From contig OZ038379.1 in NCBI GenBank assembly GCA_964036045.1, positions 24,242,001 through 24,306,000 of the forward strand: a DNA stretch of 64,000 nt, given 5' to 3'. Below, one piece after another: positions 14,301-22,545 of the stretch; positions within the stretch are counted from its first letter, which is position 1; each line of letters opens with the position of its first letter. A model generated the notes under the pieces. That model searched no databases and was not told the DNA's origin. It saw only the letters and a program-made list of their open reading frames with translations. The stretch is from Eutreptiella sp. 'Long Island Sound 2002' (lineage: Eukaryota > Protista > Euglenida). The position numbers were made by a program, and so were the translations under genes.

Positions 14301-14554
14301 TCACCACACAAGTGTTCTGTGCATTACTCAACGGGTGCAAAGGGACCACATTCCAGCGGCAGAAGCAAACAACGCATTTCCCAATCCACCGCACCGCAGC
14401 ACACCACGCCCACATGTTGTGCATCGCTCGGCAGGCGAAGAAGATCGGGGTGCAGGCCCAGGAGGCGATGCCGTTGACCCGCACAATCTGGGAGGATGTT
14501 GGGGAACCCTGGACCAGAAAAATGCTGCGCCAGCCCCTGCGATTCCCGGAGTAA
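5319..14554 (+). CDS. HAD-superfamily (MDP-1/acid phosphatase-like) phosphatase, catalytic exons 4-9: 5319-5505, 7286-7400, 8255-8390, 11540-11574, 12943-13016, 14435-14554
   Basis: All exons are bounded by AG/GT and phases match (0,1,2,1,0). Spliced protein: ...PAVIFDFDQCLMK|IHMWATFRNTSLKQIQFPEEYFGDPEFLRWLIPALHDKG|VKVAVATFGRQEVV...DFGVPEG|SSMGSKNNQLQA|LSKKFSIPLKDILFFDDDSHNIEE|AKKIGVQAQEAMPLTRTIWEDVGEPWTRKMLRQPLRFPE*. HAD motifs I (DFD), II (T in VATFGR), III (K in SKNN) and IV (FFDDD) are all present. Confidence 0.88.
9446..9615 (+). repeat. 90-bp tandem duplication in HAD intron 6
   Basis: TGCGGTCGTCTGTTCAAACC(C/T)TGGCGCG...GAGTCCAG(G/T)GGCCA at 9446 and at 9536. Confidence 0.9.
11820..12110 (+). 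repeat. Degenerate tandem repeat (AGCAAGCATCCAGAAG-like) in HAD intron 7
   Basis: Repeated GCATCCAGAA/AGCAAGCATCC/CAAGAAA units. Confidence 0.6.
13491..13705 (+). repeat. (ACCAC)n pentanucleotide microsatellite, ~43 units
   Basis: Directly visible, with one ATCAC variant at 13521; a shorter copy lies at ~14146-14180. Confidence 0.98.
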
Positions 14555-14733
14555 TTTGGGATGTCATGGCCCAAAGGACAAGGGCTGTTGATTTGAGGCT
14601 CTGACAAAGCACACGTTGGGTGTTGGTATGGGTCATGCAGGTCCTCCGAAGGGAAGTGGGGGGGGGGGGGGATGGGGCCGTTCCGGGTCAGGTTTGGTAG
14701 TCCCCCTGCATTGAATGAAGAGTGGCCCTTGCA

Positions 14734-16568
14734 GTTCCCTCCGAAAGCCCAACCGTTTCGACAGGCTAACTGGTGAGGAAAGGTGCATTGGATTGATGCC
14801 CATTCTTCATCTCTGTTGGATGAGAAATGCATACATTTCAGGACGCTCAGACTGTGGAAGGGACCTGTGGTTCAAGGATTTGTTTTGTTGCCACGCACAC
14901 CCTTCCCACCCCTTCCCGAAGGAGGCAAATGGTCCTGCAGGTGGTGAATGTGTAGAATTGTTGTGCCGTGGGACTGTTGTGCCGTTGGCTATGTAGCCAT
15001 GGTACTCTTTCCAGCTCTGGAACCCCAATACGGTAGGAGGGGTAAGCTTTTCGGGATCAATCTGGCAAAAGTTATCAATGCCCTCTGCCGCGTTTGAGGA
15101 TTCTTTTTACATTTGAGACCCCGAGGAAAAACCTCACCTGTGGGAAATGTGACTATTTCATGCCCACCAGTGCAGCACAAATGGGGAAAACTCCAGAAAT
15201 TTCAGAGACCCCAAGCATGTGGCATTTGGCCAAGCATGTGCATCCCAAGTTGCTCTTTTCAGCTCACATGCATTTTCAATATTTTTGTTAGTTTTGACGA
15301 AAAAGGAGCACGAATAGTTTGGCTTGCAGCAATAAAACGCAGCACCCATCCCTGTGCTTGTTGCAGGTGGTGTTTGATTCTTGTTATGTTTTATTATGAC
15401 CTGTCTATCCCGGAAAACTGCAGCGAGCTCCTGCTTAATGTATCTCAGAGGGTGGCCAGCCCTCTGAGATGCCGGGATTTCACCATGATGCCATTAATTC
15501 TGGCCAGGTGCAAATTGCTGTGTCAGAGAGCCTGAAAACAGGTGTTTTCCACAGGATGGGGAGTCCTCCTCCCCACCCGCCCTGTTCGGGCCCTGACACA
15601 AGAGCACTGAAAGCGAATGTGGGCTGTTCCTGCCAACAGGCAGTTAGCGGAGAGAAAGCAAGTCTGTGGGTGGATTGGTGGTTAGGTGTCAACAAAGTGA
15701 GGGAAAGTGTGGGGGCTCTGTTTGCACGGCACTCACCAAGTAAGGGGAGGGTGAGTGGGGATGTAAGAAGCCAAGAAGGAACAGGGTAGTGCCGGGAGCA
15801 CCATGGGCAGTTTCCTATGTTGCCAAAACACAGGAATGCAAAAAAATCCTCTGTGTGAAGTGTTGTGTTTGACAAAGGAATTATATTAGTTGTTGTCTGA
15901 AACGACCAAGACACTGTTTCAGGTGTTGTGTTTGACGAAGAAATTTTGCAGTGTTTATTAGCCTTTGTTTGAGGGTGACTAAGAGACTTTCTTTGGTAAT
16001 GAAGTGTCAACATTTTGTATGGTGACGTGGCACCAAGACACTCCGTTCCTCTTGCTGTGGCCACCAACTGTAGCTCGCGGAACTCAGTACCAGCGGCTGT
16101 AATAATGCCTCATGTGATGCTTTTCATGTGATGCTTTCATTTTTTGGGAATATCTTTGATAGGAAACCACGAATTGTGGATTTTTTATATCTGGAGGTTG
16201 AGAGCTGTTTTATAGCCGGGAGCATCAGAATTTCTACCACAATGCACTGTACCAGAGTTTTTGCGCTGGGGGGTTGGGGCATTTTGGCCCATATCCGCAA
16301 AACTCCCAAAATTTCTGTGCAAATTTTGGACATGTCTCAAGCCCATGCCATGCTTGTTGATTCCGAGTTTTTCTGCTACATCGGCATTACAATCTACATT
16401 AAATGGAAGCCTGCCTAGCCTAGGTCAATTGGAGCCAAAGTGCCTCTTTATATGCAGTCCGGAATTTGAACAATCAATTTTTTCTTTTTTCTTTCAAATT
16501 TCTTAGCATTACGAGGAAATCCTTCTCGGAAATGCGCTATGGTCATAGACCATGAGAAGGTGATGCAA
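14734..16568 (+). repeat. Left arm of 1.83-kb inverted repeat
   Basis: Reverse complement of 19159-20983. Outer boundary GTTCCCTCCGAAAGCCC / GGGCTTTCGGAGGGAAC; mirror ORF coordinates sum to 35717; inner boundary ...GAAGGTGATGCAA. Confidence 0.97.
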
Positions 16569-16613
16569 CTCTTTCTCAAAAAGTACATGCTTTGCGGCAT
16601 GTAGACGAAATAT

Positions 16614-16790
16614 GTCTACCGGAACAGTAAGACTATTAAGGCTGGAACATTCCATACTGTTCCAGAAGACGCGAGACTTTTTCCAGAAGACGTGATACGT
16701 CTACCGGAATAGTAAGACACTTCGCTAGATGTTGTGGAACAGTCTATACTGTCCCAAAAGACGTGATACGTCTATCGGAACAGTATGACA
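16614..16790 (+). repeat. Short subterminal direct repeats GTCTA(C/T)CGGAA(C/T)AGTA(A/T)GAC x3, plus AGAAGACG(C/T)GA(G/T)AC units
   Basis: Copies at ~16614, ~16700 and ~16770, immediately inside the left arm. Confidence 0.75.
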
Positions 16791-17249
16791 AAATGTTAGA
16801 CGCAACAGATAGTTCCACTAGACGCACGCACCATTATGCTATATTATATATTACTATTATATTAAGGTAAGCTGACCAGTTAACTCCCGATATTTGGTGC
16901 TGAACATTTTTACATGGATTGATGCCAACAGAGATTTGAAGTTTAAGATACTCAATTGAGATGTAGAACTAGATTTATAACTCCCAGATGCATTATTAAC
17001 CTTACTGCTGCAGCCGCAGCCGAGCTAACAAAATGCCGAAAAAGCGGTGTCCCAGCCGCCAGACCTTATTATTCCCGCCCGGTGATTACGTAATTAGGCA
17101 AAATTGTTAAAGAAATAACATTGAAGCGCAGTCTTTTTTAAACTATTTTTGTTAGTTTAATGATTAAATGCCTTATGCCTTATGCCTTATGCGTTGTTTG
17201 CTGCGTGCAGCACAACAAAGTGCCGTGGACGGCCGTATTCCTCTGTTGC

Positions 17250-18940
17250 GCAGGCCGTGTTGTCTGTTGACCTGTGCGCAACCCACGTAGAAGCAAGAAA
17301 ACAGCCCGCAGAAACATCAAACGGTGGTGCACAAAGAACAAAGTGGCGCGTAAGCACAAGGAACCGAGCCGTAAGAGCAAAGGAAGAACTGGTCAGGTAA
17401 GCGCGCAGCAAAGTGTGTTGCAAGTGGAAGTGTGTAGCACGTAAGGACAGGCACACAGAGCCTGTTGGAAGACACAGACGTTGGAAGACACACACCGTGT
17501 CCCAACCCAAGTTCTCCTGCCGGTCAGCCTGATGGGCTGTAGCTAGCAACTCTGCAAGTCTGCAGCAAGCAAGGACACGCAAACAGTAACAGACAGTGTC
17601 GTAACCCAAGTGCATCTGCAGGTCATTCTGATAAGACATTCTGATGAGGTGCATCATCGTCATCGTCATCTGCCTGCTAGGTTCCGCGCCAAGGGCTGAT
17701 CACGCACCTCACGCAGCCGCCACGCAGGGTCGCTGCTACACTTATGCTGCTTATCCTCTGCCAAACAACCCAGGCTTTGTGATGCAAGTAGTGGCCGAGG
17801 TGGTTAGTGGACAAGCAAGCTTGGCTTCGTGTGCACGCCGCTATCCTGTCAGTGACAAGACGATCCGAAAGGGTGTCCGCAACTACATTAGTGGAGAAGT
17901 GGTGCAGCTTGAACGAAGGGGACCAAAGCCTGCGGTTGATGATGGGAAGATCGCCACCTGGTTGGAGGCACAGCGCAAGGCCAGTCTCTCTCCCTACAAG
18001 TATGTAGATGTGACTAGACTTGCAGTGTATAGCAGTGTACAGCAGTGCCAAGTGTACTGTGTTCTCCACAGAGCAGAGGCTGTACAAGAGGCGGTCAAGA
18101 TGGCTCTGGAGCACCGAGTCAACGGACACCCAAACAAAATAATGTCCGGCAACAAGTGGTTCAGACTGTGGAAGAATCAGGGACGTCACTGACGCACAGC
18201 CGGTTTGTGGAGCTGGTGCTTGGGGTAGTGTAGCCGGAACTACTCAAGTGAAGGAGTCCTTTCGTGTCACTGGACTATTCCCACTGTCCTTCGATGAGTT
18301 CATGGAACATGCCCCAGTTCCTCAAATTAGAGATGATGTGCCTGCTCCGAACATTGGAATTGAGCCCCCCGATGAGGGTGTTGCGAACGCATCAGGCAAC
18401 AACGACCCCCATCCACAGATGGCTGATGCCTCCTCACAAGTTTGCTCACGCGCCATCAATGGCGCCATGCGCGACGACCCGACTTCCATGAAGTTTGGTA
18501 GCTTTGTCACCAGTGAGGAGTTTTTTAGGGCGTGCACTGCGGCAAGTTGTACACGGGCTTCAGCGGCACAGCCCTCAGGGGGAACAACGTCCCAGAAGAG
18601 CAGCACAGCATTCCACTTCTACCGGGACCTCACCGTGACGACGCATAGCTGTTGCTACAGACGATGACGATCCAGCAAACCCGTGTCGTGCAGTGCCTTC
18701 CACAAGAACGCGGTTGCGATGAGGTCAATTTGTGGTCAACCACCAGGATCGCCGCAACACCCAAACCATGCTCGCACCGAACGGGCAACCAGACGGCTGC
18801 AGCGGGAGAGTGACTCTGACTCCAATAGCGACGCACCAGCCGCAAAACGCATCTGCTCAGATTTCGAAGTGCAGCTGTTTCTAAGTGCCGCCTCCGGACT
18901 GTCAGATTATTGTGTTTCTGTTTGCGGTCAAGTGAACACT
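17250..18940 (+). pseudogene. Intron-containing pogo/Tigger-like (HTH-psq + CENP-B HTH) transposase derivative with the DDE domain missing
   Basis: VSGQASLASCARRYPVSDKTIRK (HTH). Removing a 72-nt GT-AG intron (18000-18071) gives SLSPYK|AEAVQEAVKMALEH...SGNKWFRLWKNQ (CENP-B-like HTH end). After a frame change, KESFRVTGLFPL (18251) matches the conserved C-terminal motif of pogo/DDE_1 transposases. A basic upstream exon ends at CAG|GTAAG 17396. Confidence 0.6.
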
Positions 18941-19158
18941 TGAATTGTACCCCATGCTCGGATCCATAGATTTGCGATGTTTAGAGCCATGCAAAACAAA
19001 TGTGCATGGCCGCTGATATATTGTCCAGCCAATTCTGACGTGTAGGTTTTAATATATGTTTAACGATTGCACTGTTTGTGCCCGCCGTTGCACCTCAGGC
19101 TGCATTGTGTGGTCTGAGTCCTGGCAGGACTGATTGCCCTGAAACTGGATTGCGTAAC

Positions 19159-20983
19159 TTGCATCACCTTCTCATGGTCTATGACCATAGCGCATTTCCG
19201 AGAAGGATTTCCTCGTAATGCTGAGAAATTTGACAGAAAAAAGAAAAAATTGATTGTTCAAATTCCGGACTGCATATAAAGAGGCACTTTGGCTCCAATT
19301 GACCTAGGCTAGGCAGGCTTCCATTTAATGTAGATTGTAATGCCAATGTAGCAGAAAAACTCGGAATCAACAAGCATGGCATGGGCTTCAGACATGTCCA
19401 AAAAATTTTGGGAGTTTTGCGGAAATGGGCCAAAATGCCCCAACCCCCCAGCGCAAAAACTCTGGTACAGTGCATTGTGGTAGAAATTCTGATGCTCCCG
19501 GCTATAAAACAGCTCTCAACCTCCAGATATAAAAAATCCACAATTCGTAGTTTCCTATCAAAGATATTCCTAAAAAATGAAAGCATCACATGAAAAGCAT
19601 CACATGAGGCATTATTACAGCCGCTGGTACTGAGTTCCGCGAGCTACAGTTGGTGGCCACAGCAAGAGGAACGGAGTGTCTTGGTGCCACGTCACCATAC
19701 AAAATGTTGACACTTCATTACCAAAGAAAGTCTCTTAGTCACCCTCAAACAAAGGCTAATAAACACTGCAAAATTTCTTCGTCAAACACAACACCTGAAA
19801 CAGTGTCTTGGTCGTTTCAGACAACAACTAATATAATTCCTTTGTCAAACACAACACTTCACACAGAGGATTTTTTTGCATTCCTGTGTTTTGGCAACAT
19901 AGGAAACTGCCCATGGTGCTCCCGGCACTACCCTGTTCCTTCTTGGCTTCTTACATCCCCACTCACCCTCCCCTTACTTGGTGAGTGCCGTGCAAACAGA
20001 GCCCCCACACTTTCCCTCACTTTGTTGACACCTAACCACCAATCCACCCACAGACTTGCTTTCTCTCCGCTAACTGCCTGTTGGCAGGAACAGCCCACAT
20101 TCGCTTTCAGTGCTCTTGTGTCAGGGCCCGAACAGGGCGGGTGGGGAGGAGGACTCCCCATCCTGTGGAAAACACCTGTTTTCAGGCTCTCTGACACAGC
20201 AATTTGCACCTGGCCAGAATTAATGGCATCATGGTGAAATCCCGGCATCTCAGAGGGCTGGCCACCCTCTGAGATACATTAAGCAGGAGCTCGCTGCAGT
20301 TTTCCGGGATAGACAGGTCATAATAAAACATAACAAGAATCAAACACCACCTGCAACAAGCACAGGGATGGGTGCTGCGTTTTATTGCTGCAAGCCAAAC
20401 TATTCGTGCTCCTTTTTCGTCAAAACTAACAAAAATATTGAAAATGCATGTGAGCTGAAAAGAGCAACTTGGGATGCACATGCTTGGCCAAATGCCACAT
20501 GCTTGGGGTCTCTGAAATTTCTGGAGTTTTCCCCATTTGTGCTGCACTGGTGGGCATGAAATAGTCACATTTCCCACAGGTGAGGTTTTTCCTCGGGGTC
20601 TCAAATGTAAAAAGAATCCTCAAACGCGGCAGAGGGCATTGATAACTTTTGCCAGATTGATCCCGAAAAGCTTACCCCTCCTACCGTATTGGGGTTCCAG
20701 AGCTGGAAAGAGTACCATGGCTACATAGCCAACGGCACAACAGTCCCACGGCACAACAATTCTACACATTCACCACCTGCAGGACCATTTGCCTCCTTCG
20801 GGAAGGGGTGGGAAGGGTGTGCGTGGCAACAAAACAAATCCTTGAACCACAGGTCCCTTCCACAGTCTGAGCGTCCTGAAATGTATGCATTTCTCATCCA
20901 ACAGAGATGAAGAATGGGCATCAATCCAATGCACCTTTCCTCACCAGTTAGCCTGTCGAAACGGTTGGGCTTTCGGAGGGAAC
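19159..20983 (-). repeat. Right arm of 1.83-kb inverted repeat
   Basis: Mirror of 14734-16568; differs by a 10-nt indel and ~7 substitutions, all seen in the inner ~430 bp. Confidence 0.97.
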
Positions 20984-21045
20984 AATAGAGTTAAATCCGG
21001 TTTAGTTAAGCTCCGAGCTCACCACATAAGCCACGATTAGCTTGC

Positions 21046-22485
21046 CTATTTCTTGCCACCCTTGGCATCCTCAACAAAGTTGACCTTCACGACCTTGCCG
21101 ATCATGCAGACAATACTGCCCTCCAGCATGGCGACACGGCTCAGACCCTCGCACCTCTTGAAGTCGTCCACAACGAAGGGGCGGGTGGGCTTGAAGACCA
21201 ACTCGCACATGTCTCCCTTCTCGATGAACTCGGGCGACTCAACCTTCTGACCACCGGTGGACTTCTTGCCGACCTTGAAGTTGATGGCCATCATACGGCA
21301 GGCGGCGTGCGCAGTGCGGACGTAGCAGTTGGGGGAGTAACCAGGCTTGATCTGGCCTGGGTGATCCAAAACCATAGCCTGCACAACGAAGGTCTCGCAG
21401 GCCTTGAAGCCAGAGTCGCTCTTCATGACCATGATGTCACCATCACGGGGCATGTTACCCTTGGGCAGACCCTTCATGGAGATACCAACATTGTCACCAG
21501 GGCCGGCCTTGGCATGCTCCTTGTGGTGCATCTCAATGGAGAACACCTTACCGACGCAAGGGTTGGAGGCGGTGTGGGTGGGCAGGAAGACCACCTCATC
21601 ACCCTTCACCAAGGTACCCTGCTCCAGACGGGAGGTCACAACGCACTCAATACCCTTGATGCTGGTGATGACCTTGCCGACAGGGCCACGGAAAGCACCC
21701 TCGGTGTTACGAGGGGGCAGACTGACCATGTCGTTCAAGGCGTCCAACAGGCAGCTGACCTTGACCTTGTCGGAACCGCCGGGGATCTGGATGTCAACAC
21801 CCTTCCACCATGGCATCTTCTCAGAGATCTTCAGGATGTTCTCACCGTGGAAACCAGCCATGGGGATGACGGGGATCTCCTTCTCGATCTGATCCTTCTT
21901 CCAACCTTCCTGGAGCAGAATACGCTTGACCTCGGTGGAAATTTCGACGTAACGCTTCTCACCATACTGAACATTGTCCACAGTGCTGTCCATCTTGTTG
22001 ACACCAACAATCAACTGCCTGATACCCAACAAGTTCAACAGACGGGCGTGGTTACGGGTCTGTCCGGGAACTTCACCGGTCTTGTGGTCACCCTTCGCGA
22101 TGGAGGCAATGAAACTGCTACCATCAGCAGGGCAGAGGAGCAGGGCAACATCGGCCTGGGAGGAACCAGTGATCATGTTCTTGATGAAGTCCCTGTGCCC
22201 AGGGGCATCGATGATGGTGTAGTGGTAGCGGTTGGTGTAGAACTCCTTGGTGTTGCAGGCGATGGTGATACCACGCTCCTGCTCAGCCTTCTGGTTGTCC
22301 ATGTAGTAGGCGAACGCGAAGGAGGGCTTACCGTTTTCCTCGGCCTTCTTCTTCAGCTTCTCCATCACACGCTCATCAATACCGCCCATATCGTAGAGCA
22401 AGCGACCAGTGAGGGAACTCTTGCCGGCATCGACGTGCCCAGCAACAACAATGGAAACATGCTGCTTACCGTCCTTGTCAGACAT
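21046..22485 (-). CDS. EFL: Elongation factor-like GTPase EFL (EF-1alpha paralog), 479 aa, intronless, divergent
   Basis: G1 GHVDAGKS, G2 ERGITI, G3 DAPGHRDF, G4 NKMD. The EFL-diagnostic segment AKGDHKTGEVPGQTRNHARLLNLLG is present, as are domains II/III (EQGTL, FSIEMHH, GDNVG, HPGQIKPGYSP). Real start is AAAATG at 22485. Codons are strongly C/G-ending. Confidence 0.93.
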   Translation of the reverse strand: MSDKDGKQHVSIVVAGHVDAGKSSLTGRLLYDMGGIDERVMEKLKKKAEENGKPSFAFAYYMDNQKAEQERGITIACNTKEFYTNRYHYTIIDAPGHRDFIKNMITGSSQADVALLLCPADGSSFIASIAKGDHKTGEVPGQTRNHARLLNLLGIRQLIVGVNKMDSTVDNVQYGEKRYVEISTEVKRILLQEGWKKDQIEKEIPVIPMAGFHGENILKISEKMPWWKGVDIQIPGGSDKVKVSCLLDALNDMVSLPPRNTEGAFRGPVGKVITSIKGIECVVTSRLEQGTLVKGDEVVFLPTHTASNPCVGKVFSIEMHHKEHAKAGPGDNVGISMKGLPKGNMPRDGDIMVMKSDSGFKACETFVVQAMVLDHPGQIKPGYSPNCYVRTAHAACRMMAINFKVGKKSTGGQKVESPEFIEKGDMCELVFKPTRPFVVDDFKRCEGLSRVAMLEGSIVCMIGKVVKVNFVEDAKGGKK

Positions 22486-22510
22486 TTTGGTGGTGGTAGG
22501 ATCCTTTGAT

Positions 22511-22545
22511 TCTGCCAAGGTGTAAAAGAGGCGAGGAGAGATGGC
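22511..22545 (-). promoter_or_regulatory. Polypyrimidine tract + AG acceptor (cis- or trans-splice) 26 nt upstream of the EFL ATG
   Basis: Minus strand reads CTCTCCTCGCCTCTTTTACACCTTGGCAG|AATCAAAGGATCCTACCACCACCAAAATG. Confidence 0.55.

Noticed and set aside
3543-14554. Euglenid non-conventional (stem-loop, non GT-AG) introns
   Set aside because: All eight introns of the model resolve as GT-AG with consistent phases.
15113-16418. ORFs in the inverted-repeat arms (and mirrors at 19179-20604)
   Set aside because: They appear twice only because of the duplication; there are no motifs or codon bias.
21307-22509. 400-aa antisense ORF over EFL
   Set aside because: A shadow ORF expected from strong C/G third-position bias; no recognisable motifs.
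22486-22518. TTG-initiated N-terminal extension of EFL (MAESKDPTTTK)
   Set aside because: It crosses the AG acceptor at 22512-22513; AAAATG at 22485 matches normal EFL length.
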